Shown: positions 25,772 to 34,368 of the stretch, in pieces | How positions within the stretch are numbered: the first letter of the stretch is position 1 | How the letters are laid out: each line of letters starts with the position of its first letter | Origin: a virus | Strand: one strand, 5' to 3' | IMG/VR virus record: IMGVR_UViG_3300022918_000011 | Span: 1 to 64,000 of that record | DNA length: 64,000 nt | Translations under genes and position numbers: made by a program | Notes under the pieces: generated by a model | The model's database searches: none | Told to the model about the DNA's origin: nothing | The model's input: the letters and a program-made list of their open reading frames with translations, nothing else

Positions 25772-27730
25772 ATGCAGCAGTCGTCTCCGTACCACTATCC
25801 AGAACCCGCCAACTACCGCTGGAAAGGCGGCTTGATCATCGACAACTTCGCAGGCGGTGGCGGTGCCAGCACCGGCATCTCTCAGGCCATCGGCCGCAGC
25901 CCCGACATCGCGGTCAATCACAACGTTGAAGCGTTGATGATGCACGAAGAGAACCACCCTACCACCCGCCATTACAACGAGTCTGTGTGGGACATCGACA
26001 TCCGCAAGGCTACCGGCGGTGCGCCGGTGTTGATGGGTTGGTTCAGCCCAGATTGCACCCACTTCTCCGTCGCCAAAGGCGGCAAGCCGGTGAAGAAGGC
26101 CATCCGTGGCTTGGCCTGGATCGTCAAGAAGTGGTACGGGCAGAGCGACATGGCCATCCTGAAGATGGAAAACGTCGTCGAGTTCATGACGTGGGGTCCA
26201 CTGATTGCCAAGCGCTGCAAGGTGACCAAGCGCGTCATCAAGCTGGTGCCGGACGGCAAGGACAAGAAGGGCGAGGACAAATTCAAAGAGGTGGTCTGCG
26301 AGCCAGGCGAGTACGTTGCCTACCGCGATCAGGCTCTGGTACCGGACAAGAAGCGCGCCGGCAAAACCTTCCGCCAGTTCGTCAAACAGATGCGCGAAGC
26401 CGGTTACGCAGTCGAGTGGACTGTCAAAGGTATGGTAGCCAGCGACTTCGGCGATCCAACCACCCGCAAACGCTTCTTCCTGATGGCCCGTAAGGACGGG
26501 CTGCCAATCACCTGGCCTGCAGCTACCCATGGCAGCCCGAGGCTGGTGGCTGCCAACCCGGGCAAGTTGCAGCCGTGGAAGACGGCCGGCGACAACCTGG
26601 ACTGGTCCATCCCATGCCCATCGATCTTCAATCGCAAGAAGCCGTTGGCTGACAACACGCTGCGCCGCATCTTCAAGGGCATCGAGAAGTTCGTCATCGG
26701 CGCCGGCGACAACGCCTTCCTCGTGAAGACGAACCACGGTGGCAACGAGTTCCGTGGCCAGTCAGCTGACGAGCCGCTGCAAACCATCACCAGCAAGTTG
26801 GGTACCGGGGTGGCAGCTGTGTCGCTCACCAAGTTCAACGAGAACAGCATCGGCCAAGCCGCTGACCAGCCGCTGGACACTGTGATGGCGGGTGCTACAC
26901 GGTTCGGCGCCGTACAGGCTGAGCTGCAGGTCGTGAAGGATCTGGATCAAGCCATGCATGCAGGCTTCATCGCCACCATCGATCACACCTCCAACAAAAA
27001 CCCGGCCACCGGCATGGACGAGCCGATTCCAACGGTGACATCCAAGGCGCGGCACATCCACGTTGCAGCGCTGCTCAAGCATTACACCGGTGTCGTGGGC
27101 CAGACTCTGGACAAGCCGCTGCCAACCATCACGGCAACCGATCACAATTCTGTGCTTGAGGTGACGGCGATGCATGTTCAGCGTGACTTCGGCGCCAGCA
27201 TCGGCAGCCGGTTGTGCGAACCGCTCGGCGCTATCACGGCGGGTGGCGGTGGCCATGCAGCCATCATCGCTTCGTCTCTGGTGAAGCTGAAGGGCAGCTG
27301 CAACCACGGCCAGGCGTTGGACCGGCCGATCGATACCATCGCTGCCCAAGGCAACCACTACGCAGCGGTGCAGACCTTCCTTGAGGAACAGTCGTTCCTT
27401 GTGAAGTTCTACGGCACCGGCGGCGCGGTGACTTGCGAGGCCCCACTGGACACAATCACCTCGAAGGGGCGGTTCGGTCTGGTCACCATCCAAGGCATTG
27501 ATTATCAGATCGTCGACATCGGCATGCGAATGCTGGAGCCGCACGAGCTGTTCAGCTGCCAAGGGTTCCCGGCCGACTACCGCCACGAGGTGGTGATGGG
27601 CAAGAAACTTCCGAAGCATGCACAGGTTCGCATGGTTGGCAACTCGGTACCTCCGGGGCTGGCCAGGGCGTTGGTGCAGGCGAACATCCCCAAGTGGGCA
27701 CTCGAACGTAAACAGGCAGCAGTAGCATGA
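25772..27730 (+). CDS. C5-cytosine DNA methyltransferase, large repeat-containing type
   Basis: FAGGGG (motif I), SPDC (IV), ENV (VI), R.RFF (VIII), GNSV.P (X); seven P[LI].[TA][IV][TMA] repeats. Confidence 0.93.
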   Translation: MQQSSPYHYPEPANYRWKGGLIIDNFAGGGGASTGISQAIGRSPDIAVNHNVEALMMHEENHPTTRHYNESVWDIDIRKATGGAPVLMGWFSPDCTHFSVAKGGKPVKKAIRGLAWIVKKWYGQSDMAILKMENVVEFMTWGPLIAKRCKVTKRVIKLVPDGKDKKGEDKFKEVVCEPGEYVAYRDQALVPDKKRAGKTFRQFVKQMREAGYAVEWTVKGMVASDFGDPTTRKRFFLMARKDGLPITWPAATHGSPRLVAANPGKLQPWKTAGDNLDWSIPCPSIFNRKKPLADNTLRRIFKGIEKFVIGAGDNAFLVKTNHGGNEFRGQSADEPLQTITSKLGTGVAAVSLTKFNENSIGQAADQPLDTVMAGATRFGAVQAELQVVKDLDQAMHAGFIATIDHTSNKNPATGMDEPIPTVTSKARHIHVAALLKHYTGVVGQTLDKPLPTITATDHNSVLEVTAMHVQRDFGASIGSRLCEPLGAITAGGGGHAAIIASSLVKLKGSCNHGQALDRPIDTIAAQGNHYAAVQTFLEEQSFLVKFYGTGGAVTCEAPLDTITSKGRFGLVTIQGIDYQIVDIGMRMLEPHELFSCQGFPADYRHEVVMGKKLPKHAQVRMVGNSVPPGLARALVQANIPKWALERKQAAVA

Positions 27731-28098
27731 CCAAGCCTATGAGCAAACTCCCGTCCATGCCCTTGATCAACCCCAAGGGCAAGAACAAGCCTCGCAAACC
27801 CCGCGTACCAAAGCCTGTGTGGACCGTCACCGCCGACTACTGTGACGGTGCCCTGACCGGCTACAACATGGCCTTTGAATCCGAGCGCACCGCGCGCATC
27901 ACCGCTGACTGGCTGCACTCCTCCAGCGGTACGATGAACGTCAAGATCGAAGGCCCAGGCTACAAGGGTCAGATCCACGACGCTACCGAGGCTGACCGCG
28001 AGGTTGGCTACGCGCTGGCAGAAATCCTTGAGCACCGCGCTGTAGGCCCGGTTGCGAAGTACCTCATCAACGAATGGATGGACAGCAAGGCGTGGTAA
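27727..28098 (+). CDS. hypothetical protein
   Basis: ATGA overlap. Confidence 0.7.
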   Translation: MTKPMSKLPSMPLINPKGKNKPRKPRVPKPVWTVTADYCDGALTGYNMAFESERTARITADWLHSSSGTMNVKIEGPGYKGQIHDATEADREVGYALAEILEHRAVGPVAKYLINEWMDSKAW

Positions 28099-28114
28099 CG
28101 CGCCGGGAGCTCAC

Positions 28115-28648
28115 ATGATCCTGTCAGAAAAATCGCTGCGCCCCTGGGCTTTGCCGGAAGGCTCCAAGTGTTGCGTGTGTGGTGCCGAGAACGACTCTCG
28201 GTTCTACTACGACCCGCCGGCGCGAAAGTTCTACTGCAGCAGCCACACGTTGCTGGAAGATCTGGACCCGCTGAACAAGCGCAACGCCAGCATGTTGTTC
28301 GGCTGCCCGGTCAGCCGACTGACCGTGTTCCCCGAGCTGGAGAACATCCGCGACCTGCTGGTGCCGATCACGGCGCCCAAGCGGGGCGAGCCGAACTTCT
28401 ACTGCCGCAGCGATATGTTCCCCAACCTGCGGGTCATGCCGACGCCGGCGTTGACAGCCTGGGTGTACAACAACATGTTGTATCCCCGGCTGACGCCGGA
28501 CAAATACTTCTTCGACCTGCACATCCGTGAGTACGGCGGTGTGGATCTGGCGTGGTTGTCCCTCCGGTACCAAGAAATTCTCGGCACTCGCTACCTCGCG
28601 GTGGTGACCCGAGCCAACGTTGAAAAGATCTTTGGAGCAGTAAAATGA
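28115..28648 (+). CDS. hypothetical protein with N-terminal zinc finger
   Basis: CCVCG...YCSSH. Confidence 0.7.
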   Translation: MILSEKSLRPWALPEGSKCCVCGAENDSRFYYDPPARKFYCSSHTLLEDLDPLNKRNASMLFGCPVSRLTVFPELENIRDLLVPITAPKRGEPNFYCRSDMFPNLRVMPTPALTAWVYNNMLYPRLTPDKYFFDLHIREYGGVDLAWLSLRYQEILGTRYLAVVTRANVEKIFGAVK

Positions 28649-29076
28649 CAGACGTAGTTCAGGTCCGCACGAAGGACGGTATCAAAGAAATCCCTTGCCT
28701 GGGTCGCTGGAAGAAGACCATTGACGGCGAAGAGTTTGAGTTCGCTCTGCATGTCGCGCCGACCAAACTCGTCGGGCAGCGCCCGCTGTTGTTCAGCGAA
28801 GTGTCCACCGGGCACAGCGCCCAGATCGCGGTACGTCACCCGTCAATCCACTCGCTGCTGACCGAAGCCCACCTGCGCCAAGGTCATGAGCACTACTGCA
28901 CCGCGCGAAAAGTGAACCGCGCGGCAGCAGCTGCGCTGCACAACGGCATCAAGTCTATGGACGGCGAGTCGTTCCGCGCAGCTGTGGGTGTTGCGCTGAT
29001 GGCCATCGCCAACAAGGAACGCGCTAATGTCCTTGAGAACGGTGCCAAGCCCGCAGTTGTAGAGGAGAAGGTCTGA
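28645..29076 (+). CDS. hypothetical protein
   Basis: GGAG SD; FALH...SEVSTG motif. Confidence 0.75.
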   Translation: MTDVVQVRTKDGIKEIPCLGRWKKTIDGEEFEFALHVAPTKLVGQRPLLFSEVSTGHSAQIAVRHPSIHSLLTEAHLRQGHEHYCTARKVNRAAAAALHNGIKSMDGESFRAAVGVALMAIANKERANVLENGAKPAVVEEKV

Positions 29077-29387
29077 TGCAGGTCATCTTCAACGGTCAGA
29101 TCCTGAGCCAGGCACACCTCGACCTGCTGGTCCCGCTGCTCAACGAAGGCATGAGCGAGAAGAAACTTCGCAAGTGCATGGGGGAGGTCTTCGAAGCTGC
29201 GGGCATCCCGGTGCCGCAGCTGAAGATCGGCGACCTGGTGCATTGGCAGGGACTGGAGGAGCGCATGGACAAGGGCGTGATCCTCGGCATCGAGAGCCGC
29301 GGCGACAAGCTGCGTGTTCAATCCAAACAGCGTGGCCGTGCGGTCACAATCGGTCAGCGCGATGCGCGGGTGGTGGCAGATGCCTAA
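29076..29387 (+). CDS. hypothetical protein with KOW/SH3-like C-terminus
   Basis: LKIGDLV.W...G.I.GI. Confidence 0.7.
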   Translation: MQVIFNGQILSQAHLDLLVPLLNEGMSEKKLRKCMGEVFEAAGIPVPQLKIGDLVHWQGLEERMDKGVILGIESRGDKLRVQSKQRGRAVTIGQRDARVVADA

Positions 29388-29709
29388 GTCGGTTATTACC
29401 AGCATCACCTTCTCCTCGGCACCGGCGCGGCGCAAGCCGCAAGCCGGCGACCTGAAGACCCTGAAGAGGGACGGCAAGACCTACATCCGGCAGCAACAAC
29501 GCTGCTACCACGGCCCAGGCCGCGGCGCCATGGTGGTCAGCAACGGCCGCCCGGTATGGGAGTGGGTTGAACAGGGCAGCTCGCAAGACCGTGTCGCTGT
29601 TTACGCGAAGCAGCTGGCCTGCCCACACGAAACGTGGCTGGGTCACAGCGGTACCGGCCGGATCTTCTGTGCAGCCTGCAACAAGGAGCGCACCGATGCT
29701 GAAGCTTGA
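29380..29709 (+). CDS. hypothetical protein
   Basis: IRQQQ...GA..VSNGRPVWEWV motif. Confidence 0.7.
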   Translation: MPKSVITSITFSSAPARRKPQAGDLKTLKRDGKTYIRQQQRCYHGPGRGAMVVSNGRPVWEWVEQGSSQDRVAVYAKQLACPHETWLGHSGTGRIFCAACNKERTDAEA

Positions 29710-30100
29710 GCAAGTAAAAGCCCTCGTCGCCGAGGGCGTCGGGGTCTTCCGGATCCTTAGCACCTATCCGGTGCGGGAGCAGGACGGGGTTCTCCGCTGG
29801 GGCCACCTCGACGACAAGGTGTTGACCGATGTCGACACCAAGTATTTCCGAGAGGCGGATTACGAGGTGGCAGCCGCTACCAATAACCCCCCTGCACTCT
29901 TCCGCAGCGTAGGCGACCCCCGCATGTTCGCTAACGGTTGCTACGTGGTGAAGTTCGGAGGCAAAGGCATCTGGACTACCTACGTCATCGTTCGCTACGC
30001 CCATCCCATCGACGCAGGTCAAGCCACTGAGATGGCCATCGATCACCTGGTTCAGGCCGGGTGGACCGAAGTCGAAGCCCAACCACTGCTCGTTATCTGA
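29696..30100 (+). CDS. hypothetical protein
   Basis: AAGGAG SD. Confidence 0.7.
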   Translation: MLKLEQVKALVAEGVGVFRILSTYPVREQDGVLRWGHLDDKVLTDVDTKYFREADYEVAAATNNPPALFRSVGDPRMFANGCYVVKFGGKGIWTTYVIVRYAHPIDAGQATEMAIDHLVQAGWTEVEAQPLLVI

Positions 30101-30108
30101 GGTGAATC

Positions 30109-30495
30109 ATGACCACGCTTTCCAGCCTCATCGGCATCATCGGCAACGACAAGATCAAATTCCAGACGCTGGACGCCAGCATCTCTGGGTTCAATAACCC
30201 CAGGAGCGGCGGCTCGCGCATCACTTTTGATACTGAAAGCCCCTGCGGTGTGGGACCTGGCATGACGCCCCGCACCGAAAGTATGGGCCTGATCCTCTGG
30301 CTGGACCGGGAGGAGGTGGCGAGGATCAACGCGCTGCCTCGTGGAGACGAGCTCGGGGCGCACGTCGACGAGCTGCGAACCCTGCGCGCTGCCTTACAGG
30401 ACTGTATCAAGGCCGGTGCATCGATCCCGCTGCTCAGCGTTAGCCAGATGCAAGACCATCTGGATAGCCTGGACGTGTTCTTCGAGGACGAATGA
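30109..30495 (+). CDS. hypothetical protein
   Basis: GAGGTG SD. Confidence 0.75.
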   Translation: MTTLSSLIGIIGNDKIKFQTLDASISGFNNPRSGGSRITFDTESPCGVGPGMTPRTESMGLILWLDREEVARINALPRGDELGAHVDELRTLRAALQDCIKAGASIPLLSVSQMQDHLDSLDVFFEDE

Positions 30496-30677
30496 TGGCG
30501 ACAGTCAAGAAGCTGCGCCGTATGGACGGCGGATGGCGGGTGCATTGGCTGACAGCAACGGGCTGGGTGTTGGGCAAAAAGCTCGCCACCCGGCAGCTGG
30601 CCACTGATTACGCCAAGACGTACATGCGCCGAAGCGCTGAGTTCGAGGACTTCAAGGTCCTCCCCGCAGAAAGGTAG
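30492..30677 (+). CDS. hypothetical protein
   Basis: ATGA overlap. Confidence 0.65.
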   Translation: MMATVKKLRRMDGGWRVHWLTATGWVLGKKLATRQLATDYAKTYMRRSAEFEDFKVLPAER

Positions 30678-30682
30678 TTGCC

Positions 30683-31081
30683 GTGGACATCACAGCGTTG
30701 ATACAGGCTGCACACCCGGAGATGTCCGGGCCGCTGGACGACCTGCTGGACAGGAAACAGAGGCTCGCGATGGACAAGGTCAAGGTTCAGTTCGCAGCAG
30801 ACCAGATGGTAACGCTGCAGCAACTGATCCGCCTGGCAAAGCAGGACGACCTGCCCTCGTTGAAACTGAGCGAGGCAGCGTTGGCTATGCTGATGGAGAA
30901 GTTGACCATCCGCTGCCGCGCTGACGCCATCGAGCAGATCAGCCGGAACATGGGCCGTCCGCTGAGTCTGGTACCGCACTTCGTATGGGCGGTTGACCTG
31001 CACTTCTACCCCAAGCGGGTAGCGGTGCCGAGGTCGCCGAAAGCAATCACCAACATTCGAAAGGACATTCAAAGTGCCTGA
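30683..31081 (+). CDS. hypothetical protein
   Basis: Fills operon gap. Confidence 0.7.
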   Translation: MDITALIQAAHPEMSGPLDDLLDRKQRLAMDKVKVQFAADQMVTLQQLIRLAKQDDLPSLKLSEAALAMLMEKLTIRCRADAIEQISRNMGRPLSLVPHFVWAVDLHFYPKRVAVPRSPKAITNIRKDIQSA

Positions 31082-31514
31082 TGATAAAGACAACAAGACG
31101 CCAACCGGTCGCATTACCGATCCGCGCGCTGCGTTCGCTCTGCCGTATGGCAAGAGCCTGAACGGCATCGGCAAGGTCTATGTAAACGCGGACTTCTCCG
31201 CGATTGAGGAGCGTATCGCGGAGGGACTGATGGGTGCAGCCGCTGGCAGCAACCTGCTGGACCCCTACAAGATCATCGCAGCGGTGACCCACATCGTCAT
31301 GTACAGCGAGGTGACCAAAGAGCAGCGTCAGTGGGCCAAGAGTTACTTCTACCTGAACTTGTACTCCACGGAAGGCTTCAGCCTGCCGCCGCGCGTCCAA
31401 CTGTTCGCCATCTACACGACCGAGGAGATCGTGCAGATTCAAATCGATACGAAGTGGCCAGGCACCCTGGACCTCTACGATCACATCGCCAACTTTTACA
31501 AGCCGAAGGTATAA
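31074..31514 (+). CDS. miniature family-A DNA polymerase fragment (TGR, motif A, motif B; no motif C)
   Basis: TPTGR...RAAF...ADFSAIEERIA...DPY...VTKEQRQWAKSYFYLNLYS; AAGGA SD. Confidence 0.8.
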   Translation: MPDDKDNKTPTGRITDPRAAFALPYGKSLNGIGKVYVNADFSAIEERIAEGLMGAAAGSNLLDPYKIIAAVTHIVMYSEVTKEQRQWAKSYFYLNLYSTEGFSLPPRVQLFAIYTTEEIVQIQIDTKWPGTLDLYDHIANFYKPKV

Positions 31515-31516
31515 CC

Positions 31517-32293
31517 ATGCAGTTGAACAAGAAGCTCAAAGAAGAAATCATCCTCAAGCTGGTCGGCAAGGCCACCAAGAAGCACGCTCAGGCCATGAGT
31601 AAGGCAGCGGCATCGCTGAACCTGCTGTGGCGCCAGGCGGTGATCAAGCACGCCCAGCAAGCCATCCCGGAGCTGCCGCAGGAACGGTGGGCAGACTTGA
31701 TCCAGTCGCAGACCTTCAAGGGTTTCGGCAGCCTGTCTGTGAGCACGGTAGCGCCCGCGCCACTGAAGGGTCAGGACAACCGCACGGTCACCAACGACAT
31801 TGGCGACGCTGGTCGGCGCATCCAGTGGGAGCGGGCCGCCACTGAGAAGTATCAGTCGATCAAGGTCACGATGGCTGACAACGGTTGGAGCGGGTTCTTC
31901 AGCGTGTGCGGCGTTATGTGCCGGGACCATTTCCTGAACGTCGGCTGGCCGCTGCCCTTCCATGACCTGCCTGCGTTTAGCTGGATGTCGGTAGTCGACC
32001 TCACCGGCAAGTCTACAGGTCCGGCAGCGGCCTGGTCTCTGGACACCGCACCGCTGGCAGAACAGGCAAACGCCCTGACCGCCAAGTTCCAGAAGGTGCT
32101 GGTGGAAGCCGCCGAGTTCTACGACTCCCTGCAGATCATCATGGCGTCGATCAACACCGATACCCAGTTGATCGATCAGTTCCCCGAGGCTGCCAAGTTC
32201 CTGCCGGAGCAAGCGCCGAAACGCAATCAGCTAGCACCTACTGAACTGATTGCCAAAGCCCGCCAGATGCTTGAGACAGGCATCCCTAACTGA
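31517..32293 (+). CDS. Nmad5-family protein
   Basis: M.LNK.LKE.I... N-terminus and T..QLI..FPEA..FLP C-terminus. Confidence 0.7.
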   Translation: MQLNKKLKEEIILKLVGKATKKHAQAMSKAAASLNLLWRQAVIKHAQQAIPELPQERWADLIQSQTFKGFGSLSVSTVAPAPLKGQDNRTVTNDIGDAGRRIQWERAATEKYQSIKVTMADNGWSGFFSVCGVMCRDHFLNVGWPLPFHDLPAFSWMSVVDLTGKSTGPAAAWSLDTAPLAEQANALTAKFQKVLVEAAEFYDSLQIIMASINTDTQLIDQFPEAAKFLPEQAPKRNQLAPTELIAKARQMLETGIPN

Positions 32294-32303
32294 GTAGTAC
32301 CCA

Positions 32304-32621
32304 ATGCAAAAGCTACGAGCCCAACTGCGACTCATCTCCACCGAAAGGGGTGACTACGGTACACCCGAGGATCGAGGGCTGTTCATCGACAACTTCGTTG
32401 ACGCCCTCGAAGAACTGCTCACGCCAAGAGCCATCGCCACGTTCACTGCGGACGAGATCCGCCATGTGCTGCTGGCCTACGCTCAGGAGAACCTGAACTC
32501 ACCCACCCCGATCACCATCGAACAGAGCATCATGTCCCGGTTCGCTGTCTTGTTCTTCAACAGCCCGCGTCGCGAGGTTGTCCTGCCGTTGCCACCGAGC
32601 AACGTTGTAAGCCTGCATTAA
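32304..32621 (+). CDS. hypothetical protein
   Basis: Last ORF of early block. Confidence 0.7.
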   Translation: MQKLRAQLRLISTERGDYGTPEDRGLFIDNFVDALEELLTPRAIATFTADEIRHVLLAYAQENLNSPTPITIEQSIMSRFAVLFFNSPRREVVLPLPPSNVVSLH

Positions 32622-32630
32622 CACTTCCGC

Positions 32631-32666
32631 TTGACCGCATGGCGGCCACCCCATAGGATGGCCGCC
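32631..32666 (+). promoter_or_regulatory. sigma70 promoter of replication operon overlapped by a GC-rich inverted repeat
   Basis: TTGACC (32631-32636), 17 bp, TAGGAT (32654-32659); GGCGGCCA/TGGCCGCC arms. Confidence 0.65.
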
Positions 32667-32699
32667 TGTATAAACTGTATAACATTATAAGGTGACCAC

Positions 32700-34037
32700 A
32701 TGGGACTCAATGTTGGTCAACAGGCAGCTGTTGACGAAACTCTGCATGAGATCTTTGAAGGTGAGTACAGCCCGAACCAAGGGCATACGATCATCGGCGA
32801 AGGCGGTACTGGCAAGACGTTTTGTGTGACAGAGATCGCTCGTGTGGTGATCGAGGCAGGGCACAGCGTGCTGTTCGCAGCGCCCACCCACAAAGCCCTC
32901 AAGCAAATTCAGCGGTCGTGCCGTGAGAACGGTTTGATCAGCAACAACATCGGCTTCGCCACCATCTACAGCGCCCTGGGCCTGGGGATGATGCCGGCGG
33001 ATGAAGACAAGTTCATCACCCCGTTCAAGGAAAGCATCATCGGGAACTACGACGTTCTGGTCGTGGACGAGATCTCGATGATGCCCAAGCTGCTAGTCGA
33101 ACGTTACCTGCTGCCAGAGCTGGAGCAAACCGGCACCTACCCGCTGTTCATGGGTGACGACATGCAGCTGCCGCCGGTCAAGGAAGCAAAGGCTGTGGCC
33201 TTTGACCTGTTCAAGACCTCGGAGCTGACAGAGAACCAGCGGCAGCTGACCAACGAGGACGGCACGCCGAACGGCATCCTGCAGCTGGCCCGCGCCATCC
33301 GCCCTTGCATCAAGGAGAAGCGCGTCTTCCGGTTCGACTTCACCGTCGAGAACAACGTGACGTGCGTGAAGGACAAGGACTTCCTGTCCACCATCCTCGA
33401 CCACTTCACCCTCGACACCGATCTGGAACAGACCCGGGTACTTGCCTGGCGCAACTTCCGGGTCGATGACCTGAACCGCGCGATCCGCAAGAAGGTGTAC
33501 GGCCCCGACGCCGCTCGCTTTGAGATCGGCGAGCGGGTCATCACCGGCGGCTCGATCAAGGACGCGAACGACGAGGTCGTGTTGACCAGTGCCGAAGAGT
33601 GCATCGTCATGGCCGAGCGTGAAAGCCAGCTGGTCTACCGCGCCACGAACGAGCCGTGGAAGACCCGCCTGCTGACGCTGCGCCCGTGCTACGCCGGACA
33701 GAAGCAAGTCTTCGCCCATGTGCTGCACGAGGACGAAAAGGAACGCTACAACAACGTGATGGGCAAGCTGAAGAAGAAAGCGCTGGATGCCGTGGGCAAT
33801 GAGCGCGGCCTTTACTGGCGCCGGTTCCACGAGTTCCGCGATGCGTTCGCTGACATCCGCTACTGTTTCTGCATGACCACTCACCTCGCGCAGGGCAGCA
33901 CTTACGACACGGTGTTCGTCGATGTGAAGGACATTCTCGAGAACCCGCAGCCGATGGAGCGGCGCAAGCTGATCTACGTTGGCTTCAGCCGGCCTCGCAA
34001 GGAGCTGGTTATCAACAAAACTAGCTTCATCGCTTGA
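32700..34037 (+). CDS. SF1B helicase (Dda/RecD-like)
   Basis: GEGGTGKT, APTHKA, VVDEISM, GDDMQLPPV, TTHLAQGSTY, YVGFSR. Confidence 0.93.
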   Translation: MGLNVGQQAAVDETLHEIFEGEYSPNQGHTIIGEGGTGKTFCVTEIARVVIEAGHSVLFAAPTHKALKQIQRSCRENGLISNNIGFATIYSALGLGMMPADEDKFITPFKESIIGNYDVLVVDEISMMPKLLVERYLLPELEQTGTYPLFMGDDMQLPPVKEAKAVAFDLFKTSELTENQRQLTNEDGTPNGILQLARAIRPCIKEKRVFRFDFTVENNVTCVKDKDFLSTILDHFTLDTDLEQTRVLAWRNFRVDDLNRAIRKKVYGPDAARFEIGERVITGGSIKDANDEVVLTSAEECIVMAERESQLVYRATNEPWKTRLLTLRPCYAGQKQVFAHVLHEDEKERYNNVMGKLKKKALDAVGNERGLYWRRFHEFRDAFADIRYCFCMTTHLAQGSTYDTVFVDVKDILENPQPMERRKLIYVGFSRPRKELVINKTSFIA

Positions 34038-34120
34038 TCGTTGTATGCTGTGATCATTCTCACTGACTTTACACAGGCGCCTCTGGCGCCTCAAAAGTCG
34101 TGCCAAGCCAGGAGTAACAA

Positions 34121-34366
34121 ATGGAACTCGCCAAGCCAGAAGACACGCCGTCTCCTATGCAGATTGACTACGCGCTGATCGCTCGTAAATACAACACTGC
34201 GGAGCAAGGCGGCTCGGTAAAGATGAAGAAGGTGTACAACATCACCTTGTTCAAGAAGGCCCTATCGCGCCGGGGAGTCCGAGAGAGCATCGACTTTCAG
34301 GCATTCAACCAAGACGGTTTCACCTACGTCAAACGGATCTCCGCGCTGCGCATGACTGAGGTGTAG
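34121..34366 (+). CDS. small basic hypothetical protein
   Basis: AGGAG SD; hairpin 34065-34099 in leader. Confidence 0.75.
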   Translation: MELAKPEDTPSPMQIDYALIARKYNTAEQGGSVKMKKVYNITLFKKALSRRGVRESIDFQAFNQDGFTYVKRISALRMTEV

Positions 34367-34368
34367 GT

